A DNA stretch of 24,000 bases from Levilactobacillus brevis ATCC 14869 = DSM 20054 (lineage in GTDB: Bacteria > Bacillota > Bacilli > Lactobacillales > Lactobacillaceae), in contig NZ_AZCP01000003.1 in the NCBI RefSeq assembly GCF_001433855.1, forward strand, positions 207,627 to 231,626, written 5' to 3'. The notes under the pieces were generated by a model. That model worked only from the letters and a program-made list of their open reading frames with translations, did not search any database and was not told the origin of the DNA. Positions 1 through 8,105 of this stretch are shown piece by piece (position 1 is the stretch's first letter; each line of letters opens with the position of its first letter). Position numbers and translations under genes: made by a program.

Positions 1-96
1 GTTTATTTTGCCACTTTCGTTGATCCGTTAACTTCCAGGGGTTATCACCAGGTAACAAAGAATTTGCGTGCGAAAAAATGGCCACATTCAAAATAG
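1..96 (+). CDS. 3' end of an unidentified CDS entering from the left edge (…VYFATFVDPLTSRGYHQVTKNLRAKKWPHSK*)
   Basis: Frame 1 is the only frame open from base 1; stop TAG at 94-96. A long hairpin terminator follows at 117-165. Confidence 0.25.
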   Translation, partial: VYFATFVDPLTSRGYHQVTKNLRAKKWPHSK

Positions 97-116
97 TAGT
101 ATGACTTAACACAAAC

Positions 117-165
117 CAAAATGTCCTAGGACCATCTATTACAATAGATGGTCCTGGGGCATTTT
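117..165 (+). terminator. Rho-independent terminator, long hairpin
   Basis: A 23-nt inverted repeat aaaatgtcctaggaccatctatt / aatagatggtcctggggcatttt. Two positions pair as G-U in the + strand RNA. It runs into a T-run (cattttt). Confidence 0.5.
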
Positions 166-189
166 TGATTTAGTAAGGATCATCCAGAA

Positions 190-648
190 GTGGTGATCGC
201 CTTTGCTCAACAATATTGGGGCCAGACCAAATACTGGATATTGCGGCGGGGGTTGCGAACCCTATTTAAACAAGAAAATCCGGACGTATTGGCGTTACTG
301 GGTTATGACATTACTGTGGCCGAGAAGGTAACGGACGTGACCTTGCAACCAGAGAGTGATGTGGCAGTAATCGGGGGTCTGACAACGGTGACCTATACGG
401 TGCGGGCGCCTGAAACCATGCCGGTTTATTTAGGCTATCGAGTCGACTATGTTCGACAAAATGGCACAACGACAGCGAAAGATTTTTTTGTAAAGCGGAC
501 GACTCTGCCAGCCGGCCAGTTATTACAAGGAGTGTTTAGGCTTAAATGGCAGCAGCTGACCACGCGGCGACTGTATCCAGGGGTCCACCGGTTGACGTTG
601 CTGGTGAATACACAGGTGGTGGCAGAGAGTTGGGTAACGTTAAAATAG
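190..648 (+). CDS. Hypothetical protein; looks like only the C-terminal beta-rich domain of a COG4335/YhaZ/AlkC-type DNA alkylation repair protein (possible N-terminally truncated remnant)
   Basis: 152-aa ORF with a GTG start and a weak RBS. The motif ...NPDVLALLGYD... followed by a beta-rich tail ending ...YPGVHRLTLLVNTQVV... resembles, from memory, the C-terminus of about 360-aa alkylation repair proteins. An in-frame stop at 166-168 means no N-terminal HEAT-like region is present. Confidence 0.4.
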   Translation: MVIAFAQQYWGQTKYWILRRGLRTLFKQENPDVLALLGYDITVAEKVTDVTLQPESDVAVIGGLTTVTYTVRAPETMPVYLGYRVDYVRQNGTTTAKDFFVKRTTLPAGQLLQGVFRLKWQQLTTRRLYPGVHRLTLLVNTQVVAESWVTLK

Positions 649-721
649 TTATCAATACTTGGTTTTCTGATTATTAATAATAAAAAGGGAATTAATTATA
701 AGCACAGATGATTGTAAGCGC

Positions 722-749
722 TTGACAATTTTTGAAAAATGCTTATCTT
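722..749 (+). promoter_or_regulatory. Sigma-A-type promoter of the gntR-ARH-NCS1-pfkB operon
   Basis: TTGACA at 722-727, a 16-nt spacer, then TATCTT at 744-749. Confidence 0.45.
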
Positions 750-752
750 AGA

Positions 753-768
753 ACTTGAGTACTCAAGT
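753..768 (+). promoter_or_regulatory. Perfect 16-bp palindrome; candidate GntR/HutC operator at the predicted transcription start
   Basis: acttgagtactcaagt is its own reverse complement. It lies directly after the -10 and 25 nt before the likely ATG (793) of the GntR gene. The core GAGTACTC contains the GT..AC half-sites typical of HutC-type operators. Confidence 0.45.
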
Positions 769-792
769 AATCGAATTAAGGGACTGAAAGAA

Positions 793-1485
793 ATGGCCAT
801 TGATAAACATAGACGAAATAGCAGTATTCGAGCGCAAATTGTTGCGGATATTCAAGCTAGTATTTTAAAGAATATGCAGACCGGCGATAAGCTACCATCA
901 GAAGCGGCCTATGCACGGCAGTATGATGTTACGCGGTCAACCATTCAAAAAGCACTCAAAGATTTGGAAGACTTACAGATGATTGATCGGGTTCAAGGCA
1001 AAGGGAGCTTTGTGAAGTTAACGAAACCAAAGATTGATATGTTTAACTTCAAAGGCTTTTCTGACTATGCCTTGCAGTTAGGAGCGACGCCGGTTACCCG
1101 GGTCTTAAAGCAAGAGATTGTTGACCATCACTTGATACTGCAGCGATTACGGGGAATCAAAACTAGCGATGAAGTTGTTCAACTGACTTTAGATGAATCA
1201 CACCTCAATCTGGAGCAGTTTCCGGGGCTAGAACAGACTGACTTTGAGCAGAATTCTTTGTACCAAACGCTACGAAGTCAATTCAAGGTTTATCCAGCGA
1301 CAGCTAACCTTTTGGTCACACCAATTATGCCAACCGTCGCGCAAGCGGAGCTGTTAGAAGTGGCTGATAGCCAACCGTTACTTCAAGTAACGGGACAAGT
1401 ACGTACGGCCAATAATGACTTGGTCGAAACAATCAAGATTATTTATAGTGACCAATCTAATTTTAAATTTGTGGTTGGCGTATAA
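793..1485 (+). CDS. GntR/HutC-family transcriptional regulator (winged HTH plus UTRA-like effector domain)
   Basis: N-terminal LPSEAAYARQYDVTRSTIQKALKDLEDLQMIDRVQGKGSFV is a classic GntR wHTH. I moved the start to ATG 793 (MAIDKHRR...). It has AAGGGA 9 nt upstream, and the track start at 739 would lie inside the promoter. Confidence 0.8.
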   Translation: MAIDKHRRNSSIRAQIVADIQASILKNMQTGDKLPSEAAYARQYDVTRSTIQKALKDLEDLQMIDRVQGKGSFVKLTKPKIDMFNFKGFSDYALQLGATPVTRVLKQEIVDHHLILQRLRGIKTSDEVVQLTLDESHLNLEQFPGLEQTDFEQNSLYQTLRSQFKVYPATANLLVTPIMPTVAQAELLEVADSQPLLQVTGQVRTANNDLVETIKIIYSDQSNFKFVVGV

Positions 1486-1508
1486 AGCGAAAGGGAGTAG
1501 AGAATCAG

Positions 1509-2513
1509 ATGGAACGGACTAAGGATAAAGTATTGGGAACAATTTATGGACAGGCGATTGGGGACGCGATGGGAATGCCCTCAGAACTTTGGCCGGTTGA
1601 AAAAATTCGGCAGCAATTTGGCGGTCTAATTACGACCTTTTTAGATGGCCCACAGAATAATGATATTGCTCTGAATTTTACCAAGGGAGAATATACCGAT
1701 GATACCAACCAGGCCCTAGCAATTTTAGATTCTCTAATTGAAACGAACTGGCAACCGGATCAGCAAAATTTGGTTAAACATATTATGGCTTGGGCGGATG
1801 CTGTGGGTGCATGGGATAACAATATCTTGGGGCCAAGTAGCAAGGCGGCATTGAAGGCCATTAAGGCAGGGCAAGACCCGGCACCGGTTACAGCTAAGGC
1901 GCTGACGAATGGATCAGGTATGCGGATTGCCCCCATTGGCACGCTGTTTACGCCGGATCAAATCAATGAGTTGGTTCAGATGGTCTATGAGGTTAGTCGC
2001 GTGACTCATTCTAGTGACGTTGCAGTGAGTGGTGCCAGTCTTATCGCGGGCGCCGTTACGGCAGCTATGGCCGATTATGAGTGGGATGATATTGTGACTT
2101 ATGCCTTAAATGCCAATGATTTGGGCTACCAAATGGGTAGTCATACTTGGGCTGCCAAGACTCATGAGCGAGCCCTATTAGGGATTCAATTGGCGCAGCA
2201 GTACCCCAATGATGAGCCTAAGTTTAGTCAGGCCATTTATGACCTTGTGGGAACTGGAACGATGATTTCGGAAAGTATTCCGGCAGCATTCGCGATTGCT
2301 TACTACGCTCGAGATGTTCAAAAATGTGCCTTACTTTGTGCTAATTTAGGTGGTGATACCGATACGATTGGGGCCATGGCAACCGCTATTTGTGGCGCTA
2401 AGACTGGATTTAAAGCTATTGATCCTGCTTGGATTCAGACAATTGATGAAAAAAATCCGCAACACATTATGTCTAACTATGCCGATCAAATTCTTAGTTT
2501 TAAAGCGAACTAG
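1509..2513 (+). CDS. ADP-ribosylglycohydrolase (ARH/DraG/YegU) family hydrolase
   Basis: 334 aa. N-terminal GQAIGDAMGMPSE and C-terminal GGDTDTIGAMATAI are the two metal-binding acidic motifs of the ARH fold. Confidence 0.85.
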   Translation: MERTKDKVLGTIYGQAIGDAMGMPSELWPVEKIRQQFGGLITTFLDGPQNNDIALNFTKGEYTDDTNQALAILDSLIETNWQPDQQNLVKHIMAWADAVGAWDNNILGPSSKAALKAIKAGQDPAPVTAKALTNGSGMRIAPIGTLFTPDQINELVQMVYEVSRVTHSSDVAVSGASLIAGAVTAAMADYEWDDIVTYALNANDLGYQMGSHTWAAKTHERALLGIQLAQQYPNDEPKFSQAIYDLVGTGTMISESIPAAFAIAYYARDVQKCALLCANLGGDTDTIGAMATAICGAKTGFKAIDPAWIQTIDEKNPQHIMSNYADQILSFKAN

Positions 2514-2533
2514 CTTTTTGGAGGATTATCATA

Positions 2534-3907
2534 ATGAATAATGAGCTCGTCAAAATTTCGGATGCAGATAAAACATTAACGCCAGGGAAAATTTTCTACA
2601 ACTGGTTTGCCGCGAATATTGGGATTATGGGATTCGTCTTTGGTGCGATGATTGTTGCTTATCATCTGTCGTTTGCCCAAGCAATTCTCGCTGCTTTTTG
2701 TGGCGCGTTGTCCTTTTTAGTGCCAGGATGGGTGGCGATGATTGGTCAACGAGAAGGTGTGACAACCTTTAAGCTGAGCCGGGCGGCCTATGGTACTCGG
2801 GGGAATAAAATTCCCAATGCCATCGCTTGGATTAATATGGTGGGGTGGCTTTCGGTTAACGTGATTACGGGGACCATGCTATTAATTTCCATGTACGGTG
2901 TTTTAAATATCCCCAAGAACACCGTCACACGGGCCGTTGCTCTGGCTATCTTTGGTGGGTTAGTGCTGCTGTCTGGTTTGTTAAAAGAAGCCACTTTAGC
3001 CAAGATTCAAACATGGTTAAGCTATGTCTTTGGCGCGTTAACGGTTGTTATTTTGGTTCTCTTCTTGCTAAAGGCGGATTGGCAGGCCGCTTTTAATCTT
3101 CCAGGTGGTCATTGGATTAGCGGTTTCTTGCCAGCTGTCAGCATCGTTGCCGCCGGTTCAGGCATTTCTTGGTCGATGGCAGCCGCCGATTGGGGTGCCT
3201 ATGTCAAGCCAGAAACTAAACCGCAAGCGACCTTTTGGGGAACAGCCTTGGGTGGCGCAATACCCTTGTTTGTCCTCATGGCCGGTGGTGTTTTGTTAAG
3301 TACGATTGAACCGGCTTTGGCGACAACGGGTGATCCGTTTGGCGTAATGTATTCAGCCTTACCAAGCTGGATCGGCGTAATTTATTTTCTGGTAGCTGCT
3401 GGGGGTCTAATCCCGCAATGTATTGTATCTTTGCGGTCGGCCCGAATTAACTTGGGGACGATTGGGATTCGTGTTTCACAACGGACTTCCTTAGTTATTC
3501 ATGGTTTAATTGTAATTTTGATTCCAGTTTACGTTCTCTTTATCTCAGGAAATTTTCTAGCCAACTTCGAATTGTTCTTAAACTTTTTGGGGATTTGTTT
3601 GGCTAGTTGGGTTGCCATCTTCCTATGCGATAGTGCGATGTTCAGAAAAAACGGCTATGAGCTGGCGTTATTAGTGCCAGATTCTAAAAAGCACTATAAC
3701 TGGGGTGGCATTATCTCTTGGGTCATTGCGACGATTACGGGTTTTCTATTTACAAATAATGCAATTTGGAATGGTCCATTTGCCCATGGAATTTTTAGAA
3801 ATAATAGTCTCGGCGTTTTTATCTCGGCAATTGTTGCGATCATCTGTATGTTTATCGTTAAAATGGTAGCGCATTCAAATGGTGAGGGGGTTATGCATCA
3901 TGAGTAA
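2534..3907 (+). CDS. NCS1-family (purine-cytosine/CodB-like) permease
   Basis: 457 aa with about 12 hydrophobic segments. Contains SRAAYGTRGNKIPNAIAWINMVGW, typical of the cytosine/purine/uracil/allantoin permease family. GGAGGA lies 8 nt upstream. Confidence 0.85.
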   Translation: MNNELVKISDADKTLTPGKIFYNWFAANIGIMGFVFGAMIVAYHLSFAQAILAAFCGALSFLVPGWVAMIGQREGVTTFKLSRAAYGTRGNKIPNAIAWINMVGWLSVNVITGTMLLISMYGVLNIPKNTVTRAVALAIFGGLVLLSGLLKEATLAKIQTWLSYVFGALTVVILVLFLLKADWQAAFNLPGGHWISGFLPAVSIVAAGSGISWSMAAADWGAYVKPETKPQATFWGTALGGAIPLFVLMAGGVLLSTIEPALATTGDPFGVMYSALPSWIGVIYFLVAAGGLIPQCIVSLRSARINLGTIGIRVSQRTSLVIHGLIVILIPVYVLFISGNFLANFELFLNFLGICLASWVAIFLCDSAMFRKNGYELALLVPDSKKHYNWGGIISWVIATITGFLFTNNAIWNGPFAHGIFRNNSLGVFISAIVAIICMFIVKMVAHSNGEGVMHHE

Positions 3908-4778
3908 GGCTTTAGTGTTGGGCGCCGCTTTTGTTGATGTGGTCGTTAACGTTCCACGATTACCCTTTTCTGGCGGGGATGTTACGGGTGATTTAAAGTC
4001 TTATCGAATTGGTGGTTCGGCCTTTAATGTTTATGGCGCCTTACGCTACATGCAGGCATCGGCAGATCTACTGGTGCCAGTGGGTGAAGGCGACTATGCC
4101 ACGCGCGTTAAACAACATTTAAGCAATCAAGGGATTTCCTTAAAATTACCGGTGACGGGTGCTGATAATGGTTGGGATTTATCGTTAGTGGAGCCCGATG
4201 GAGAACGTAGCTTTTTGACAATTAATGGGATTGAACAATGTTGGAAACCACAGTGGTTCCAGCAGGTTCAGCTGGCCGATTATGATTATATCTATGTTAG
4301 CGGTTATGAATTAGAGAATTTACGTTCAGCTAAGGTAATCTTAGATGGTCTGCGGCAACGGCGACCGGATGCCCAAATCTTATTTGATACGTCGCCACGA
4401 ATTGGCGAAATTCCATCAGAAATTTTACAACAAGTGTTAGCGGCGCACGTCATGGTTCATTGTAACGAAGATGAAATTGGAAAGATCATGCCTGACGGTC
4501 GCACCGTTGCAGAAAAAGCACACCGTTTATTCGCGTTAACCCAGAGCCCCGTCATGGTGACGCTGGGAGGTCAGGGCACCTATTATGTCGATGGCACGGC
4601 AACCGGGCAAGTTCCAGCGCAGAACGTTCCGGTTGTCAACACAATTGGCGCTGGTGACACGCATTGTGGCGGGATTATTGCCGGTTTAATGGCCGGACTA
4701 ACACTCCCACAAGCTATCAAGCAAGCTAATCAGTTGTCGGCACAAGTGGTTGGTCAGGAAAATGGCAGTCTGTCTTAA
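3900..4778 (+). CDS. PfkB-family carbohydrate/nucleoside kinase (ribokinase-like)
   Basis: C-terminal NTIGAGDTHCGG is the PfkB GAGD anion-hole motif. I chose the start at ATG 3900 (MSKALVLGAAF) because GGTGAGGGGG lies about 10 nt upstream. It overlaps the permease stop (3905-3907) by 8 nt, which suggests translational coupling. Confidence 0.8.
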   Translation: MSKALVLGAAFVDVVVNVPRLPFSGGDVTGDLKSYRIGGSAFNVYGALRYMQASADLLVPVGEGDYATRVKQHLSNQGISLKLPVTGADNGWDLSLVEPDGERSFLTINGIEQCWKPQWFQQVQLADYDYIYVSGYELENLRSAKVILDGLRQRRPDAQILFDTSPRIGEIPSEILQQVLAAHVMVHCNEDEIGKIMPDGRTVAEKAHRLFALTQSPVMVTLGGQGTYYVDGTATGQVPAQNVPVVNTIGAGDTHCGGIIAGLMAGLTLPQAIKQANQLSAQVVGQENGSLS

Positions 4779-4788
4779 TTGGTTAGTG

Positions 4789-4818
4789 GGTCGGGATGAA
4801 AATCCCGACCTTATTTTT
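4789..4818 (+). terminator. Rho-independent terminator of the ARH/NCS1/PfkB operon
   Basis: ggtcgggat-gaaa-atcccgacc gives a 9-bp perfect stem, followed by ttattttt. Confidence 0.7.
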
Positions 4819-4880
4819 GTGAAATGCCCTAATTGCTCATCATTTAGGGTATTCTTAACCTAACTAAAGGAGGGGATTGC

Positions 4881-5780
4881 ATGGATATTCAAGAAGGGTA
4901 CATGCCGTTTAGATCGTATCAGACATATTATCGGGTGGTTGGTGATTTACGGTCACCGTTACCCCCCTTACTGTTATTGCACGGTGGCCCGGGATCGACC
5001 CATAACTATTTTGAAGCTTTTGATCAACTAGTAGCGACAACCGGTCGGCCAATTGTGATGTACGATCAATTGGGCTGTGGTCGGTCATCCATACCGACTG
5101 ATCCCCATCTTTGGCAGGCAGCAACCTGGGTGGCGGAATTACGGGCGTTACGTGCTTATTTGAAACTCGACCGCGTGCACTTATTAGGCCAGTCGTGGGG
5201 CGGCATGCTGGCGCTTATTTACTTATGTGACGACCAGCCACAGGGAATTCAGAGTGTGATTTTGGCCAGCACCTTATCCTCGGCTCATTTGTGGGCCCGC
5301 GAACAGCATCGCTTGATTCAATTCATGTCAGCGACTGACCAAGCGACCATTCACCAGGCTGAAATGACGGGAGACTTTACAACACCCGCTTACTTGGCAG
5401 CTAACGAGCGGTTCATGATCCAGCATGCAACTGGACCGCTTACCGAGCAAACACCAGAATTCTTGCGGCGATCTAAGCGCTTGGGCACAGCCGCTTATAC
5501 CACGGCTTGGGGGCCTAACGAATATTTTCCCACGGGAACGTTACGGGACTATGATTATACAGCAAAGTTAGCGCAACTACCGTACCCAACGTTAGTGACC
5601 AGCGGTGTCAATGATCTCTGCACACCATTGGTGGCTAAGACGATGGTTGACCAGTTGCCTCACGCCGAATGGACCTTATTTCCGCACAGTCGGCATATGG
5701 CCTTTATTGATGAGCCGGCCGCTTATCAAGCGCGACTGACTCAGTGGCTAGCCGCTCATGACGAGGTGACTAATGATTGA
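4881..5780 (+). CDS. pepI: Proline iminopeptidase (alpha/beta hydrolase, prolyl aminopeptidase)
   Basis: 299 aa. HGGPGS oxyanion motif and GQSWGG nucleophile elbow. Size and N-terminus are typical of lactobacillal PepI/Pip. AAAGGAGGGG RBS. Confidence 0.8.
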   Translation: MDIQEGYMPFRSYQTYYRVVGDLRSPLPPLLLLHGGPGSTHNYFEAFDQLVATTGRPIVMYDQLGCGRSSIPTDPHLWQAATWVAELRALRAYLKLDRVHLLGQSWGGMLALIYLCDDQPQGIQSVILASTLSSAHLWAREQHRLIQFMSATDQATIHQAEMTGDFTTPAYLAANERFMIQHATGPLTEQTPEFLRRSKRLGTAAYTTAWGPNEYFPTGTLRDYDYTAKLAQLPYPTLVTSGVNDLCTPLVAKTMVDQLPHAEWTLFPHSRHMAFIDEPAAYQARLTQWLAAHDEVTND

Positions 5781-6492
5781 AGTGACGTTTGATCCAACGC
5801 TAGCGAATACACTGGCCCAATCCATGAAATTAACAGCTATTGCCTTACCCTTAGACTTGCAGATTGGTGATTTAACGCGTTTAACTGATGCCAAAAATTC
5901 ATATTGGAGACTTAAGGCGCGCTATACCAAATCGGGCGGTGCCTCCGCTGAGTTTGCCGCCGTTACAACGAGTCAACAGCGATTGCAACGGATGTTAGCC
6001 ACTGGCACCACCTTGCGGGTATGGACCTCTGCCAATCCGGCTGATCAGTTGGGGTGGGGGTGGTTATGCAGTCAGTTAGTTCAAGCACAATTTATGGGGG
6101 TTGTTCAGCGGATTCAGATTCCTTTAAGTGGTCCCGTGATGACTGAAATGGGCCCGGTCTTTATGCAAAATTTAACCATTGGGGAGCTGGACGAGCCGGC
6201 GCTGGAACATGACTTAGCGACGGCCAAGGTGGTAACAGCAGCGGATTGGGTAGCCTTTAGTTATCACTGGCAAGCCTGCTATGAAGACAATGCGGCGTTA
6301 CGGTTAACGCTTGGTGGACGGGTGGTTGGCGTGCCACAGGACTTTTTAGATCCGTTGGTGCGAACCTGCTATCGACCCGAGCAATCCACGGCGCAGACTT
6401 TAGGTCGGATATTGGCCAATTATCCAATTGGCATGCCGAATTGGTGGTGGCAGTATCGCATTGACCAGATTGCCAAGGCGTCAGTCAGGTGA
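5773..6492 (+). CDS. Hypothetical protein; resembles the DUF1835/DUF3658 family
   Basis: 239-aa ORF whose ATG overlaps the pepI stop by 8 nt. The N-terminal pattern IEVTFDPTLANTLAQ...LPLDLQIGDL recalls DUF1835 proteins. This is from memory and was not searched. Confidence 0.5.
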   Translation: MIEVTFDPTLANTLAQSMKLTAIALPLDLQIGDLTRLTDAKNSYWRLKARYTKSGGASAEFAAVTTSQQRLQRMLATGTTLRVWTSANPADQLGWGWLCSQLVQAQFMGVVQRIQIPLSGPVMTEMGPVFMQNLTIGELDEPALEHDLATAKVVTAADWVAFSYHWQACYEDNAALRLTLGGRVVGVPQDFLDPLVRTCYRPEQSTAQTLGRILANYPIGMPNWWWQYRIDQIAKASVR

Positions 6493-6540
6493 TTGTTTCA
6501 TGTGAAACAAGTGGGTAATATGGGTGGAATTTTTCATCGA

Positions 6541-6575
6541 AAAAAGCGATACCTCAATGTGGGCATCGCTTTTTT
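6541..6575. terminator. Candidate bidirectional terminator between convergent genes
   Basis: aaaaagcgat ... atcgcttttt is flanked by an A-run and a T-run. The stem is short and the loop is 14 nt, so it is weak. Confidence 0.4.
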
Positions 6576-6583
6576 GTTAGTGG

Positions 6584-7807
6584 TTAAGGATTTACTTTGT
6601 TAAATTGTCGTAGATTAGGAATTGTCAGCATCACGGTGAAACTGACTAGATAGAGGATGGACAGAAACGCCATAACGATATTCAGAGTATAGTGATCCAT
6701 CAGCCAGCCAATGGCGACAGAGGAGAAGCCACCGATGGCCCGACCAACGTTAACAATTAGGTTATTGGCGGTGGAACGAATTTCCGTGGGGTAAAGCCGG
6801 CTGATGACCGCACCATAACCGCCAAACATGCCGTTGGAGAAGAAGCCAATAATCGCGCCAGCTAGAATGAGAGTTGCCTGATTGACGGCCAGCGTGATGC
6901 TAAAGACCGCGATGGCTGAGGCTAACAAGAAGATACCGAAAGCCCGGCGCGGACCGAAATAATCCAGAATACTGCCGAAGGTTAGCATGCCAATGCTCAT
7001 GCCGATAATGGTGGCAATCATCCAGACGGAAGACCCGGCGACCGTTAAGCCTAGCTTTTGTTGCATAATTGCTGGCAGCCAATTCATCAGGCCAAAGTAT
7101 CCGGCAATCTGCACGACGACCATCAACATCAGCGCCAGTGTTTGATAAGCCAGGCGAGGGGTGTTGAAGAGACGCCGTAATTGAATGGGGGTGTGGTCAG
7201 CTGCTTGTTTAGCCGTTAAAAATTCAGGACTTTCGTGTAAATGACGTCGGATGAAATAGGTTAAACCGACCGGCAATAAACCGAAGAGAAACAGGGCCTG
7301 CCAACCGAAAACGGGGATGATTAAGGCAGCGGCTACAGCGGCCAGGATGGCGCCAACTTGGCCACCAACAGCGGCCAGTGAGGTCATTTTGCCAATTTTA
7401 TTGCGGGCAAAGCTTTCGGCGATTAATGTAATCCCCACGCCGTATTCACCACCGGCCCCTACGCCAGCTAGAAACCGGAAGATATAAATGAGCGTGATGT
7501 TGTTGGCCAAACACATTGCGGCCGTGGCAAAGGCGAAAATGAAGATGGTATGGGAGAAGGTGCGGACACGACCATAGCGATCGGCAATGATCCCAAACAA
7601 AAGGCCACCCGCTAGCATTCCCAGATTGGTAATCGACGAAATCAAACCAGCCTGAGCACCGCTAATATGTAAGTCGGCGATGATTGAGGAGAGCGCGAAG
7701 GAGAGAAACATAACATCCATGTTTTCCAAGGCGAATCCAGCTGAGGTTGAAGCGATTGTCCATTTCTGGTTCTTACTGAACGTGTGGTCGTGTAACGAGG
7801 TTTCCAT
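6584..7807 (-). CDS. MFS transporter (substrate unknown)
   Basis: About 12 TM segments and the MFS loop motif GIIADRYGRVR. I moved the start to ATG 7807 (METSLHD...), which has GGAGGA 7 nt upstream. The track start at 7822 is a TTG that overlaps this RBS. Confidence 0.8.
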   Translation of the reverse strand: METSLHDHTFSKNQKWTIASTSAGFALENMDVMFLSFALSSIIADLHISGAQAGLISSITNLGMLAGGLLFGIIADRYGRVRTFSHTIFIFAFATAAMCLANNITLIYIFRFLAGVGAGGEYGVGITLIAESFARNKIGKMTSLAAVGGQVGAILAAVAAALIIPVFGWQALFLFGLLPVGLTYFIRRHLHESPEFLTAKQAADHTPIQLRRLFNTPRLAYQTLALMLMVVVQIAGYFGLMNWLPAIMQQKLGLTVAGSSVWMIATIIGMSIGMLTFGSILDYFGPRRAFGIFLLASAIAVFSITLAVNQATLILAGAIIGFFSNGMFGGYGAVISRLYPTEIRSTANNLIVNVGRAIGGFSSVAIGWLMDHYTLNIVMAFLSILYLVSFTVMLTIPNLRQFNKVNP

Positions 7808-7939
7808 ATTCAATTCCTCCAAAATGAATGTTCACTGACATTCGTTATTTTTGCCGTTCTCACGGAACGTTGTTAGTATTGTGGCATGAATATCCGGGAA
7901 AAGCAACCATTAATCAAGATATTAAAAATATTATACGGC

Positions 7940-7968
7940 TTGACGCTATCGTCTAGTTACGCTACACT
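7940..7968 (+). promoter_or_regulatory. Candidate sigma-A promoter for pyrFE
   Basis: TTGACG at 7940-7945, a 17-nt spacer, then TACACT at 7963-7968. Confidence 0.4.
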
Positions 7969-7983
7969 CAATAACAATCAAAC

Positions 7984-8012
7984 TTTAATTTAGCCCTGTG
8001 AGACTAAAAAGG
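7984..8012 (+). promoter_or_regulatory. Candidate PyrR-binding hairpin (pyrimidine attenuator)
   Basis: tttaatttagCCCTGTGAGACTaaaaagg. The stem is tttag/ctaaa. The loop resembles the PyrR box ARUCCAGAGAGGCU at about 10 of 14 positions, followed by the usual AAAAGG. Confidence 0.45.
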
Positions 8013-8049
8013 TGAACGGAAATGGCCCTCAGTAGATGAGTGGGTCTAT

Positions 8050-8087
8050 AGCCGGTTAGCCTAATACGGGGCTAACCGGCTTTTTTT
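8050..8087 (+). terminator. Attenuator terminator in the pyrFE leader
   Basis: agccggttagcc-taatacgg-ggctaaccggct gives a 12-bp stem followed by seven T. It ends 18 nt before the pyrF ATG, so it is a leader terminator and not a gene-end terminator. Confidence 0.7.
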
Positions 8088-8105
8088 GAAGAAAGGTGAA
8101 GATGG

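Noticed and set aside
7823-7870. Imperfect palindrome aatgaatgt-tcactg-acattcgtt next to the MFS transporter RBS as an operator
   Set aside because: It matches at only 8 of 9 positions, no adjacent regulator gene is present, and the transporter has no known family-specific motif. It is too speculative.
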